Source of the DNA: an uncultured Chroococcidiopsis sp.
Lineage (GTDB): Bacteria; Cyanobacteriota; Cyanobacteriia; Cyanobacteriales; Chroococcidiopsidaceae
Reading direction: 5' to 3'
Assembly: GCA_964248365.1 (NCBI GenBank)
Contig: CAXTYC010000003.1
Span: 64,001-128,000 of the forward strand
DNA length: 64,000 bases
The notes under the pieces are model-generated. The model was not told where the DNA came from and made no database searches. It saw only the letters and a program-made list of their open reading frames with translations. This document shows positions 10,898 through 21,817 of this stretch, piece by piece. Made by a program: the position numbers and the translations under genes. The first letter of the stretch is position 1; each line of letters begins with the position of its first letter.

Positions 10898-11263
10898 ATG
10901 TTTGGTCAAACCGGACTAGGCAGTAGCAGACTCAGCGGAGCAGAAAATCGGATGTTTCGCTACGAAGTCGAGGGTATGCGTCAGACTTACGAATCTGATC
11001 AGTTGAGCTATCCGATTCGCAGTAGTGGTAGCTTTTATATCTCAGTGCCTTACAACCGGATGAATGAAGAAATGCAGCGAATTCACCGGATGGGGGGTAG
11101 AATCGTCAGCATTGAGCCTTTGACTCTTGATGGTAACAGTAGCGCTAAAACAGAAGCTACAACAGCTAACCAAAACCTTGAGGCTCAAGGCAAAAACAAA
11201 GCAGCAGGAGCCGATCTACCGAAAAAGAGCGAAGCTAAAGCCTCTGAGGAATCAGAAAGCTAA
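10898..11263 (+). CDS. cpcD: CpcD-like rod-capping linker with extended C-terminal tail
   Basis: MFGQT...RMFRYEV...VPYNRMNEEMQRIHRMGGRIVSIEPL; AGGAG RBS upstream of ATG 10898. Confidence 0.85.
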   Translation: MFGQTGLGSSRLSGAENRMFRYEVEGMRQTYESDQLSYPIRSSGSFYISVPYNRMNEEMQRIHRMGGRIVSIEPLTLDGNSSAKTEATTANQNLEAQGKNKAAGADLPKKSEAKASEESES

Positions 11264-11413
11264 TGCCGCTAATTAGCTATTAGCTTTTAGCTTTTAGTAT
11301 TTGTGTGACTCATGGTTTTCAAAGATAAATATTCTTCACAAGCTATTATTCACACAGATAAACCATAGCTAACAGCTAACTGCTAACAGCTAATCAATTA
11401 TAGGAGAATAACA

Positions 11414-11677
11414 ATGTTTGGTCAAACAACAGTTGGTACTGGCGGCATTTCTTCAGATGGCAGCCGTGTTTTTCGTTTTGAAGTAGTGGGTTTACGTCAG
11501 AACGAAGAAAATGACAAAAATAACTACGAGATTCGGCGTAGTGGCAGTGTGTTCATAACTGTGCCTTACAATCGCATGAGTGAAGAAATGCAACGGATTA
11601 GCCGTATGGGTGGCAAGATTGTCAACATTGAGCCATTGACTGCCGAAAGCGCACTCAAGCCAGACAGCCAAGCGTAA
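11414..11677 (+). CDS. cpcD: Rod-capping linker CpcD
   Basis: SRVFRFEVVGLRQ...VPYNRMSEEMQRISRMGGKIVNIEPL. Confidence 0.93.
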   Translation: MFGQTTVGTGGISSDGSRVFRFEVVGLRQNEENDKNNYEIRRSGSVFITVPYNRMSEEMQRISRMGGKIVNIEPLTAESALKPDSQA

Positions 11678-11699
11678 ATGGGGAGCAACAGAGCGATTA

Positions 11700-12527
11700 A
11701 TGTTGGAGTCTAGGGGGGAAGAAGATTCCGTAGCAGTAGCACAGCCGCTGACGGTCGAACAAGCGATCGCCAACTTAAAATCTGAAGATTTAAGTCTCCG
11801 CTACTATGCCGCCTGGTGGTTGGGGAGATTTCGCGTTTCTGAAAAAGCTGCTATAGAGGCTCTCATAGCAGCTTTGTCGGATGAAGACTATCGCACCGAA
11901 CTAGGAGACTACCCCCTGCGCCGCAATGCAGCCAGGGCATTGGGTAAACTGGGCGATAGCTTGGCTGTGCCAGAACTAATTCGCTCTCTAGACTGCTCCG
12001 ACTTCTACGTGCGCGAGGCAGCTGCCCAGTCTCTTGAAATGCTACGCGATCCATCTGCTATACCAGCCTTGATGGAACTCCTAGCGGGTGGTGTAGCAGC
12101 TGCTATACAAGTACCAGGAAGACCTCACTTAACCCAGCCCTACGACAGTGTACTCGAAGCATTGGGTTCTCTCCAGGCAAAAGCAGCAGTGCCTGAAATT
12201 GAGCCATTTATAAACCATCCAATGCCAAAGGTACAATACGCCGCACTCAGAGCAATGTACCAACTAACTGGGGACGATGCCTATGGGCAGCGCTTGATGG
12301 CTGGTTTGTCAAGTGAGGATGTTAAACGGCGGCGGGTAGTGTTGGCAGATTTGGGCGCGATTGGCTATTTACCAGCAGCAGAGGCGATCGCCCATTGTGC
12401 AGTTGAAAATAGCTTTAAACTCTTTGCCCTCAAAGGACTGCTAGAGCATCAAATTCAACCCGACAAACCAGTCGAGCTATCCGATGCCGCCATTCGGGTG
12501 ATGAACCTGATGGATTCCTTGTTATAG
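11700..12527 (+). CDS. cpcE: Phycocyanobilin lyase alpha subunit
   Basis: RYYAAWWLGR, YPLRRNAARALG HEAT repeats; operon position. Confidence 0.94.
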   Translation: MLESRGEEDSVAVAQPLTVEQAIANLKSEDLSLRYYAAWWLGRFRVSEKAAIEALIAALSDEDYRTELGDYPLRRNAARALGKLGDSLAVPELIRSLDCSDFYVREAAAQSLEMLRDPSAIPALMELLAGGVAAAIQVPGRPHLTQPYDSVLEALGSLQAKAAVPEIEPFINHPMPKVQYAALRAMYQLTGDDAYGQRLMAGLSSEDVKRRRVVLADLGAIGYLPAAEAIAHCAVENSFKLFALKGLLEHQIQPDKPVELSDAAIRVMNLMDSLL

Positions 12528-12720
12528 GGGTGAGAGGCTAAGGGCTAGAGGAACTAGAGGCTAGAGGCGAGTGAATTTTGGGGACCATAGATTTTGGATA
12601 AGAGATTGAAATTTATCCTCTGCCCCCCTGCCCCCCTCTTCCCCCCAACCCCACTACGCGAGTGACCCCCCTGCCCCCCTGCTTTACTAGTCCCTAGCCC
12701 CAAGCCCCAAGCCCCCTCCA

Positions 12721-13338
12721 ATGACTAATGCCCAAATCCAAGAACTGATTCGTGCCGTTGAACTTGCCGACTCTCCCGCTCGACTGGTGGCGGCAGTGCA
12801 AAATTTGGCAGCAGCCAAAGATGAGGCGGCAATTTCGACTCTGATTGCCGTGTTGGGCTACAACAACCCAACGGCGGCGGCGGTAGCAGTAGATGGGTTG
12901 ATTGGTTTGGGTTCATCAGCAGTCCAGCCTTTGATGGAACAGCTCGATGAATATAACTATGGTGCAAGGGCTTATTCAATTCGCGCTCTAGCGGCGATCG
13001 CCGATCCCCGCGCCCTAGATTTATTAATACTTGCCGCTGCCACAGACTTCGCCCCCAGCGTCCGCCGCGCCGCTACTAAGGGGCTGGGAACCTTGCGCTG
13101 GAGCGATCTGGAGGCAATTGAGCGCTCTTTAGCTCAAACTAAAGCCCTCCAGACGCTGTTATCAGTCTCTCAAGACCCCGACTGGTCAATTCGTTACGCC
13201 GCAGTCGTCGGCTTGCAAGCCCTCGCCTCAATGCCCGATTTAAAAGAGCAAATATCGGCACAGTTGAAGCAAATAGCTCAAACAGACTCTGACACAGCTG
13301 TGAGGGCGCGAGGGGCGATCGCGCAACAACTGTTTTAA
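12721..13338 (+). CDS. cpcF: Phycocyanobilin lyase beta subunit
   Basis: LGYNNP, YNYGARAY, DFAPSVRRAA. Confidence 0.94.
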   Translation: MTNAQIQELIRAVELADSPARLVAAVQNLAAAKDEAAISTLIAVLGYNNPTAAAVAVDGLIGLGSSAVQPLMEQLDEYNYGARAYSIRALAAIADPRALDLLILAAATDFAPSVRRAATKGLGTLRWSDLEAIERSLAQTKALQTLLSVSQDPDWSIRYAAVVGLQALASMPDLKEQISAQLKQIAQTDSDTAVRARGAIAQQLF

Positions 13339-13495
13339 ATTTGGCGCAAAAAAATAAATCCTGCTAGGTATTGGGTAAACCGTTCGGCAATCGGCGTGAG
13401 GCGAAGCCTAGCCGCGAACGAAATATCTCTAAAAGAGGGCAGGATTTATTTTTCAAGCCTTCCTCTATCTACACATATAAAAATAGGTCAATAAG

Positions 13496-14335
13496 ATGTC
13501 AGTGCCATTACTTGAAGTTACACCAACTACTCAAAATCAGCGCGTCGAAGGTTACGAAGTACCAGACGAGGACGATGCAAAAATCTACCGATTGACAGAT
13601 GTCACCTCAGAAACGGCAATCCAAGACCTGATCTGGGCAGGATATCGGCAAATTTTCAGCGAACATTTGATTTTAGAAAGCTATCGGCAACAGTACCTCG
13701 AATCCCAGCTACGGAATCGCGCCATTACCGTACGGGACTTTATTCGGGGCTTGGGCAAGTCGGAAGTCTACCGCCGACTAGTAGGAGAAACCAACTCCAA
13801 CTATCGCTTAGTTGATATTAGCTTTAAGCGGTTCTTGGGACGGGCTACCTATAACAAAGATGAGCAGATTGCTTGGTCGATTGTGATTGCCACCAAGGGA
13901 TTACCAGGCTTCATTGATGCCCTAGTTGATAGTGACGAGTACCGCCAGAGCTTTGGCGATTATATCGTACCCTACCAGCGCCGCCGCTACAAAGAGCGTC
14001 CGTTTAACTTAGTTAACCCCCGTTATGGTTCTGACTGGCGCGATCGCCAATCCTTACAATCCCTAGCAGGGCGTTCTTTCTATCAAGCCCGCCAAACTGG
14101 GGAAGTTACCAAAGAAGTGGTACGGCGAGCTATTCCCGCCAACTTTATGGCGATGGCTGGTGGTATCAGATCTCAAGAAGTCAACTACCAGCGATCGCGC
14201 GATCGGGTACTCTCGCAAATCAAAAATATGGATATTCCTGAAATGACTCGTGAGGGCAATTCTGGACGCACAGTTAAACCTGTAGAAGTAGCTTTGCCTT
14301 ACCGCTATATTCCCAAGACAAACCCACCAGCTTAA
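13496..14335 (+). CDS. cpcG1: Rod-core linker CpcG1
   Basis: PLLE..TTQNQRVEGYEV, VPYQRRR, RPFNLVNPRYG; 279 aa. Confidence 0.9.
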   Translation: MSVPLLEVTPTTQNQRVEGYEVPDEDDAKIYRLTDVTSETAIQDLIWAGYRQIFSEHLILESYRQQYLESQLRNRAITVRDFIRGLGKSEVYRRLVGETNSNYRLVDISFKRFLGRATYNKDEQIAWSIVIATKGLPGFIDALVDSDEYRQSFGDYIVPYQRRRYKERPFNLVNPRYGSDWRDRQSLQSLAGRSFYQARQTGEVTKEVVRRAIPANFMAMAGGIRSQEVNYQRSRDRVLSQIKNMDIPEMTREGNSGRTVKPVEVALPYRYIPKTNPPA

Positions 14336-14489
14336 GAAGGGAAAGGGGAAAAGGGAAAGGGCAAAAGGGGAATTAAAAAGCCAACAGCGCGTCCCTTGTG
14401 CGTTCCCAACTACCAACTACCTGTACAGACGTAGCACAAGCTCGTCTCTACCAATTCTTCATCCTTTACACTTCATACTTTGATTAGTC

Positions 14490-15233
14490 ATGCCAATTCC
14501 TCTACTTGAATATCAGCCGCGCTCTCAAAACCAGCGTGTACCTGGCTACGAAGTAGCCAACGAAGACACACCCTGGATTTATCGACTGGAAGACTGTACC
14601 TCAGCTAACGACATTCAGGAATTAATCTGGGCTGCCTACCGCCAAATTTTTAGCGAACACCTAACCCTCCAATCTAACCGCCAGATTCAATTAGAATCCC
14701 AACTAAAGAACCGCTCCATAACCGTCCGCGACTTTATCCGAGGTTTGGCGAAATCTGAAGTGTTCCGTCGCCTAGTGGTTGAGACAAACACTAATTATCG
14801 GCTGGTGGAAGTCTGTTTGAAGCGACTATTAGGACGCGCTCCTTATAACAAAGACGAAGAAATTGCTTGGTCTATTAAAGTTGCAACACTCGGTTGGGGC
14901 GGCTTTGTCGATGCCCTTGTAGACAGTGAGGAGTACCAAAACAATTTTGGTGACACCACAGTACCATATCAACGCCGTCGCTTCAAAGACCGACCATTTA
15001 ACCTGGTAACACCTCGTTACGGAAAAGAGTGGGGCGACAAACTTGAAAGAGAGCGCTATAAGTCGGGTGAGGTGAAGAACTTCATGGACATGGCTCGTTC
15101 TCTCAACATCACTCCAGTTATTCCCAAGCCAGTCCAAACCGCTAACATTCAAATTCCCGACATGACAAGGGATAATAAACAAGGAGCGCCTGTTTCTGTC
15201 AACCCCTCCGCTAGTTTCCCTGTGCGGTTATAG
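14490..15233 (+). CDS. cpcG2: Rod-core linker CpcG2
   Basis: CpcG motifs; 247 aa; IPDMTR near the C-terminus. Confidence 0.88.
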   Translation: MPIPLLEYQPRSQNQRVPGYEVANEDTPWIYRLEDCTSANDIQELIWAAYRQIFSEHLTLQSNRQIQLESQLKNRSITVRDFIRGLAKSEVFRRLVVETNTNYRLVEVCLKRLLGRAPYNKDEEIAWSIKVATLGWGGFVDALVDSEEYQNNFGDTTVPYQRRRFKDRPFNLVTPRYGKEWGDKLERERYKSGEVKNFMDMARSLNITPVIPKPVQTANIQIPDMTRDNKQGAPVSVNPSASFPVRL

Positions 15234-15389
15234 CAGTCAGTGCCGAGGATGAATGATGAATGATGAAAAAGAATATGTTTCATAATTCATCATTTATAAT
15301 TCATCATTTTCCTGACATGGGGGAAAGACACGAAATATCACGTCTCTACGCTTGATCGTTCTTTAAACTTTTTTAACGGAGAACCTAGC

Positions 15390-16154
15390 ATGGCACTGCC
15401 GTTGCTTGAATACAAACCAACAACACAAAACCACCGCGTCAGTAGCTTTGGCACTGCGGATCAAAACGAAGATACTCCATACATCTACCGTATAGAGGAT
15501 ACTTTTTCTCTCACCGAGATTCAAAACCTGATTTGGGCTGCTTATCGTCAGGTTTTCAGTGAGCATGAAACCCTGAGAGCCAACCGTCAGGTACAACTAG
15601 AATCCCAACTGAAGAATCGCAACATCTCAGTGCGCGACTTCATTCGGGGACTGGCAAAGACAGAGAGATTTTACCAGATAGTTGTTGCTGTTAACAACAA
15701 CTATCGTTTGGTAGATATTTGTCTGAAGCGTTTCTTAGGTCGTTCGTCTTATAACAAAGACGAACAAATCGCTTGGTCAATTAAAACTGCGACGTTAGGA
15801 TTCTACGGCTTTGTCGATGCTTTGCTTGACAGCGAAGAGTATACTGATGCGTTTGGGGATAACACTGTACCTTACCAGCGTAAGCGGATGGAAGGCAGAC
15901 CCTTCAATTTAGTAACTCCTCGCTATGGTGAAGACTTCCGCGAAAGTGCTGGTACAACCAAAAACGACTGGCGCTTTACCTTGGAAGAGTACTACAGCCG
16001 CAAGTCCCAAGAACGTCGGCTACCCGAAGGAGATCCCCGCAAGTATAGCGATATGGCAGCTGCTGTCACTCCCAAGCGTAACTATGCTCAAGGTGTCTCT
16101 GCCTTCGATATTGACTACTTAAGCCTAGTACCTTCAAGGAATAGCAAACGCTAG
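15390..16154 (+). CDS. cpcG4: Rod-core linker CpcG4-like
   Basis: [17 protein letters not shown]; hydrophilic C-terminus (EGDPRKY), so not CpcL. Confidence 0.8.
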   Translation: MALPLLEYKPTTQNHRVSSFGTADQNEDTPYIYRIEDTFSLTEIQNLIWAAYRQVFSEHETLRANRQVQLESQLKNRNISVRDFIRGLAKTERFYQIVVAVNNNYRLVDICLKRFLGRSSYNKDEQIAWSIKTATLGFYGFVDALLDSEEYTDAFGDNTVPYQRKRMEGRPFNLVTPRYGEDFRESAGTTKNDWRFTLEEYYSRKSQERRLPEGDPRKYSDMAAAVTPKRNYAQGVSAFDIDYLSLVPSRNSKR

Positions 16155-16195
16155 AATCTCAGTTGAGATTTCAGCTATTTCTTAACATCACTTAG

Positions 16196-16280
16196 CTGGG
16201 TCTAGTTTCCACGCTGATTTGACGATTATCTAACAGTTTTGCTGTTAGCCAATGTCAAGTCAAGTGGCGACTAGACCCAG
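16196..16280. terminator. Long stem-loop ending the cpc operon, convergent with lysC
   Basis: CTGGGTCTAGT...ACTAGACCCAG inverted repeat. Confidence 0.65.
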
Positions 16281-16427
16281 TAGTTTTAGTAATTCGTAAT
16301 TCGTAATTTTGAGGGTAAAGAGGTATTGCGGTAAAAGGGAAAAGGGAAAAGGGGAAAGGGCAAAGGGCAAAGGATGAAAGCAGCAAGTATAAATTAACAC
16401 TTCTCTCCCTCTCCCCAAGGCTCTCTT

Positions 16428-18308
16428 TCACGCTGGGACCTGAATTTCATTGCTACCAGACAAGCCAAAAGCGGCGTGAATTGCTTGCAGCGCGGCAACG
16501 CCCTGCTGTTGGGCAACAACACAACTGATTTTGATTTCCGAGGTGGCAATCATTTGAATGTTGATCTGATGCTGTGCCAATGCTTCAAACATTTTTGCTG
16601 CTACACCAGGTTGACCAACCATACCTGCACCGACAATACTTACCTTGGCGATCGCACTATCAACCACAACTTCACCCCAGCCTAAATTTGCTGCTGCTTG
16701 TTCCAGAGTTTTTCTAGCAGCTTCTGTATCCATCTGCGCTAGGGTGAAAGCAATATCCCGTGTCGGCACACCATTAACAATCCGGCAGCGCTGGGATTGA
16801 ATAATCATATCAACACTGATATTATGCTGCGCTAACAATCCAAATAGCTTCGCTGCCATACCAGGATGATCTGGCACTTGACGAATAGCTAAACGCGCTT
16901 GGTTGAGATCCAGGGCAACCCCTCTTACGGGAGGATCTGGGGAAGCTGGGGAAGTTGGGGAGAGTTGTTGAGGTAGATTGTCTGTTTGTATTCTGCCCCT
17001 CTGCCCCTCTGCTCCTCTGCCCCTCTGCCCTTCTACTAACTCCTCGCCCCTGACTTCAAATACCTCCCTCAGTGCTGCAACAGCGCGATCGCCATCTGCT
17101 GTATTAATCACACAGCTTACTTTCACTTCTGAGGTGGAGATCATTTGGATATTTACGCCAGCATCAGAGAGGGTAGCGAACATTTGCGCCGCTACCCCAG
17201 GACGACCAATCATTCCCGCCCCAGAAATACTTACCTTAGCGATCTGCTGCTGTACCATCACCTCAGCTTCTCCTACCTTGGGGTTTGGTTGAGAGCGTAG
17301 AACAGGGGCGATAGCAGCCGCTACAGCTTCCGCCTGCTTCAAAATTGGCGTAGCTACAGTAAAAGCAATATCGTTCGTATTCCCCTCATGAATTGACTGA
17401 ATAATCAAATCTACATCCAAATTCTGACGGGCAATTTCCCCAAACAACCGCGCCGCCACACCTGGGCGATCGGGTACTCGCAACAATGCTACCTTAGCCC
17501 CGTCAGGATCGAATTCCACTCCATCGACAGGACGGGCGATTTCTAAATTTACTAAAGATCTCGGTTGAGGTATGGGTGAAACTACCCGCGTACCTGGTTC
17601 ATCTGTCCAACTAGAGCGAACTACTAGAGGCATCCCATAGTTACGAGCAATTTCTACGGCACGAGGATGCAATACCTTAGCCCCCAAGCTAGCTAGTTCT
17701 AGCATTTCATCACAAGTAATTTCAGCCATTAGCTGAGCATCTGGAACCAGCCGAGGATCTGTTGTCAAAATTCCAGGTACATCGGTGTAGATTTCGCAAT
17801 AGTCAGCTTGTAGAGCCGCTGCGATCGCAACCGCTGAAGTATCTGATCCACCACGCCCCAGGGTAGTTATTTCTAATTCCTCAATGCTGCTGATTCCTTG
17901 AAACCCTGCTACAACCACAACTTTGCCATTTTGTAAATGCCGTGCAACTCGCTCGGTTTGAATATGTAAAATCCTCGCGCGGGTGTGTTCTGCTTCGGTA
18001 ACAATTCCCACTTGTGCGCCTGTCAGGGAAATTGCTGGTTGTCCCAATTGTTGCAACGCCATACTCAACAGGGCAATTGATACTTGTTCCCCAGTCGAGA
18101 GCAGCATATCCATTTCCCGACGACTGGGATTAGTGGAAACAGCGTGAGCTAATTTGACCAGTTCATCAGTAGACTTACCCATTGCTGAAACTACTACCAC
18201 AACTGAGTTTCCAGCTTCGACTGTTTTGTGAACTCGATTTGCTACTGATACAATGCGTTCAACTGAACCAACAGAAGTGCCACCGTATTTCTGGACAATT
18301 AGCGCCAT
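16428..18308 (-). CDS. lysC: Aspartate kinase with four ACT domains
   Basis: VQKYGGTSVGS, TTLGRGGSDTSA, repeated ACT motifs (STSEVKVS, ATSEIKIS). Confidence 0.96.
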   Translation of the reverse strand: MALIVQKYGGTSVGSVERIVSVANRVHKTVEAGNSVVVVVSAMGKSTDELVKLAHAVSTNPSRREMDMLLSTGEQVSIALLSMALQQLGQPAISLTGAQVGIVTEAEHTRARILHIQTERVARHLQNGKVVVVAGFQGISSIEELEITTLGRGGSDTSAVAIAAALQADYCEIYTDVPGILTTDPRLVPDAQLMAEITCDEMLELASLGAKVLHPRAVEIARNYGMPLVVRSSWTDEPGTRVVSPIPQPRSLVNLEIARPVDGVEFDPDGAKVALLRVPDRPGVAARLFGEIARQNLDVDLIIQSIHEGNTNDIAFTVATPILKQAEAVAAAIAPVLRSQPNPKVGEAEVMVQQQIAKVSISGAGMIGRPGVAAQMFATLSDAGVNIQMISTSEVKVSCVINTADGDRAVAALREVFEVRGEELVEGQRGRGAEGQRGRIQTDNLPQQLSPTSPASPDPPVRGVALDLNQARLAIRQVPDHPGMAAKLFGLLAQHNISVDMIIQSQRCRIVNGVPTRDIAFTLAQMDTEAARKTLEQAAANLGWGEVVVDSAIAKVSIVGAGMVGQPGVAAKMFEALAQHQINIQMIATSEIKISCVVAQQQGVAALQAIHAAFGLSGSNEIQVPA

Positions 18309-18516
18309 AATTTTATCTTCCACCAATCCCGCCTGCAAGTAGACGCAGCGATCACCTAAATCACAGGTTAATTTCGCCTGTAAAGTATTGCCAGCCTATT
18401 ATTTTAACTAACTTTTACTACCGAGTTAGGTTAAATATTTTAAACTTACACTTTTTTTAGTATTTTTACTGTTGTATCTATCGGCAAACTGTATTCCCGA
18501 ATTGCATATTTAACAG

Positions 18517-18657
18517 CTATAGCAATCCTATTTGAGTTGTGAGATTTACTTTTTTAACGTAGACCGAAGGGCTTGCCGCAGGCTACCGCAGAGTCGCAGA
18601 GGACACAGAGGTAAGAAAGAGAGAGAAAATTTCATTAATTATTTAAGCTTGCTATAG
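18517..18657. mobile_element. MITE-like element with imperfect terminal inverted repeats
   Basis: CTATAGCAATCCTA...TAAGCTTGCTATAG ends; internal GCAGAG repeats and a small hairpin insert. Confidence 0.55.
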
Positions 18658-18950
18658 TCAATTTAATTATTATATTTATTTTATTAATAACTTAGGTGTA
18701 TTCCCTAAGTTGCTAAGGCAAATTTGCTGTGTGACAACACTATATCTAACAAATATTGTAGATATTAACCAATTATATTTGTGTTAATTATACCAGTTTT
18801 AGTATTTAGTCTATCTAACTATTGCAATCATTTTTCCGTATTTTCACTCAATTTATAAAATTTTGAATAAAGTTTTATTCACCTGCCTGACGCTAACATC
18901 ACTGTCAAATAATATGAAATAGAAATTTGTATTCATAATGGAAGCTCACT

Positions 18951-21488
18951 ATGGCGAAGAAAGCACCGAAATCATCTCAAAAAAAATTTCTTAAAGATGC
19001 TTTGCAAACAAAATTTACTCTTTATAATTATGCTGGGCAAGAAAAGTCCTACTATTTAGTAAATAAAATTAATTTAGAAAGAAAGCCTGATGATACCAAA
19101 AAATCAGTAGCACATAGCATTATTATTATTGACCGCTCTGGTTCAATGTATTATGATATCCAGGCATTGAAAGAAACTTTGATAAAGCTGTTGACCTTAG
19201 ATGAATACACCAATTTACAGCTAGTTATTACCCTGATATCGTATTCTTCCAAGGGAGATGTTACTAGCCACTTCCAACGAATTCCTATTCAAGAAGTGAT
19301 GAAAAATAACTCTCCATACATCCAAGAAATCAAAAGAATTCAAGCTGGCTGTCTCACCTGCATATCTCAGGCAATGCAACTTGCCAAATCTCTGATTCAA
19401 GAGGGAGAACTGACTGCCATAACCTTACATAGTGACGGCTATGCCAATGATAGCAGCCCTAGTTCAGAAGCCAAAGCTCTAGAAGAGATATGCGGACAAC
19501 TGAAAAGCATGGATGTTTTCGTAAACACTATTGCTTATTCCTATGCTTCTGACTTCAAACTGCTGTCTAAAATTGCCAATACTGTTTCAGGTTTTTGCAT
19601 CAAAGCAGGCAATGTTCAAGAAGTTTATGACACGATTTACAGCACTTCTAAACTACTAGGTAGTTCAGTTGCTCCTGCAATGGAAGAATCTTTAGGAGCA
19701 GATTACACTTATCAGATTTTTCTGTCAAAGAGTGCGAAGAAAATTAATGGCACATCAGGCACACTGAAAATATTTGGACTCAAAGCAGAGGATGAGATAA
19801 TTATATACAAATACAAGCAAATCACCAAAGAAGCTTTTGAACAACTAGCAGATGTACCTGTTGCCCAAAATCATGAATCTGTTTATGCATTTGCCAAGGC
19901 AAATTTGGCTGAGGGAAATCTGAATACTGCCAAGTATGCGATCGCTAGTACCTTTGATACTACCTTAACAGAAAGACACGCCAAAGCGTTAACAAATGCC
20001 CAAATTGCAGACTTTGCCCAAGATATTGACATAATTCTATTTTATCCTACAGTATTGCGTGAGCATGAAATTGGCGATCGCGTAAAAGTTAATGACAAAA
20101 TTTCCCTGCTAGAACTAATCAAAATATTTGAGCAACATCGCAGCAGCATCATTATCAACATCAAGCACCTGCAAGAAAATTATCAAAGAAAAGGCATCAA
20201 GAGAATTAAAGGCTCTAGAGATGAAAATGGCAACCTTGTTAAACCTTGGTTGACAACAGAATATACAGACAAGTGTGACTATGTTGGCATGGGTTCATTT
20301 GAGATTAATCGCAACACTGCCACCATTAATATGCTCATTACCCGCAAAACCAAACTTATCAAAATTGCAGACAAAACGCCAATTATAGAAGTTGCAGGTT
20401 TGCTAGTAAACGATCTTGTTACCTTTAATAATTACACTATTGTCAGTGACGGTGAATTAAACGTTAAGTCGCTCCAAGTCAAAATCAGCAGTAAAAAAGC
20501 GTTTGACTTACTAAAGGAAACCAATGTACTTGAACTGAATGTCCCAGTAGAAGAATTTGACTTTCGAGCCGAATATACTATCAAACTAGATAATTTACCG
20601 CTTGTGCCTTTTGATGCACATTACAGTAGTATTGATGGCTTGTTCTATCAGCTAGCCGAAATTAAAGTACTTTCTAGTATCATCTCGGCTCACCTAAAAG
20701 AGGAATCCGATGTTTTTTTGCCGGAACAGTTGTCAGAACTAAAAAATCATTATCTCTCAAAGAGTCTTTATCTCAACTTTCCGACAACCAATGAATACAC
20801 CGACATCAAAGAGGCTCTTGCTAATGGCACTGTTGATTCACGAGTAAGCTATAAAATCGACATTGGTAGCAAGGATATTTTAAACCTCGGTAAACTCCAT
20901 AGTGCTAACAAATTCCTCGACAGAATGTATCAGGTTTACGACACAGAAACTGGAGAAATTTTCGAGAAACCTACCTTTGACTTAGCTTTAAATCAAAATA
21001 TCGCTTTCAGACACAAGCAACTATCATCCCGCACGAAGATAACGAAAGTGGATGATTTTATGAAGCCGATTTTTGACGACTTTCTCGGACTTGAGGCTAA
21101 CGGAATAATTACGGCTATTTTATCAAAAGTAGGCGCAGATAATCTGGTACGGGTGTTACAAGATAAGTGGAATAACCAGCTCACTAATAAACAGGAAATG
21201 GTTACAGCTTTGACTGCTGCAAATATAAAGCTTGATGAATATGCAGAAAGAATTTACCGAGATAAGATTTGTCCCTTGGTTTTCTACATAGGCTCTACTG
21301 GACTATTGCCGGATGAAATGGAGGCAACATCAGCAACTGCTGATGAACTTGCTGCTAAATACGGTAATTTACAGTTTTCTCGTGATGAGCAAGAAGGAAC
21401 ATTTTTTGAAGTTGGTAATAGCATTATTAGCGTGTACGCCAAAAATGAGTATTACAGCATAAAACCTGCTGTTGGTGTTGAAGATTAG
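18951..21488 (+). CDS. vWA domain protein with large uncharacterised C-terminal region
   Basis: MIDAS DRSGS...T...HSDG in the N-terminal ~230 aa; the rest is not recognised. Confidence 0.85.
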   Translation: MAKKAPKSSQKKFLKDALQTKFTLYNYAGQEKSYYLVNKINLERKPDDTKKSVAHSIIIIDRSGSMYYDIQALKETLIKLLTLDEYTNLQLVITLISYSSKGDVTSHFQRIPIQEVMKNNSPYIQEIKRIQAGCLTCISQAMQLAKSLIQEGELTAITLHSDGYANDSSPSSEAKALEEICGQLKSMDVFVNTIAYSYASDFKLLSKIANTVSGFCIKAGNVQEVYDTIYSTSKLLGSSVAPAMEESLGADYTYQIFLSKSAKKINGTSGTLKIFGLKAEDEIIIYKYKQITKEAFEQLADVPVAQNHESVYAFAKANLAEGNLNTAKYAIASTFDTTLTERHAKALTNAQIADFAQDIDIILFYPTVLREHEIGDRVKVNDKISLLELIKIFEQHRSSIIINIKHLQENYQRKGIKRIKGSRDENGNLVKPWLTTEYTDKCDYVGMGSFEINRNTATINMLITRKTKLIKIADKTPIIEVAGLLVNDLVTFNNYTIVSDGELNVKSLQVKISSKKAFDLLKETNVLELNVPVEEFDFRAEYTIKLDNLPLVPFDAHYSSIDGLFYQLAEIKVLSSIISAHLKEESDVFLPEQLSELKNHYLSKSLYLNFPTTNEYTDIKEALANGTVDSRVSYKIDIGSKDILNLGKLHSANKFLDRMYQVYDTETGEIFEKPTFDLALNQNIAFRHKQLSSRTKITKVDDFMKPIFDDFLGLEANGIITAILSKVGADNLVRVLQDKWNNQLTNKQEMVTALTAANIKLDEYAERIYRDKICPLVFYIGSTGLLPDEMEATSATADELAAKYGNLQFSRDEQEGTFFEVGNSIISVYAKNEYYSIKPAVGVED

Positions 21489-21576
21489 GAGCTAAATTGA
21501 ATCGTCACGTAGAGGAAACAGAGGAAGATTGCTAACTGTGTCTACCTCTGCTTAGATCTTGCACCTATCCCATAGT

Positions 21577-21808
21577 CCGCCTGCTAATTAATTAGCAGGC
21601 TAATAGCCAAAGTCTTCTTAAGAAGACTAACATTGGGAATCCGATGTAACTCTCTTTCAATGAACAATGAATAATTATCAATGAACAAAGAACAACTGAT
21701 AATTGATAATTGATCAAGGCTGTCTTTATTTTTTATGTCGTCAAATCCTGGGTTGCAGTCCATTTCAATGGACTTGAGCTATTAGCCCAAAACTTAAGTT
21801 TTGGGCGG
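21577..21808. repeat. Inverted pair of double-hairpin repeats enclosing heptamer repeats
   Basis: CCGCC..GGCTAATAGC..AAGTC..GACT on the left; inverse AGTC..GACTTGAGCTATTAGCCC..GGGCGG on the right. Confidence 0.6.
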
Positions 21809-21817
21809 TTATTGCAA

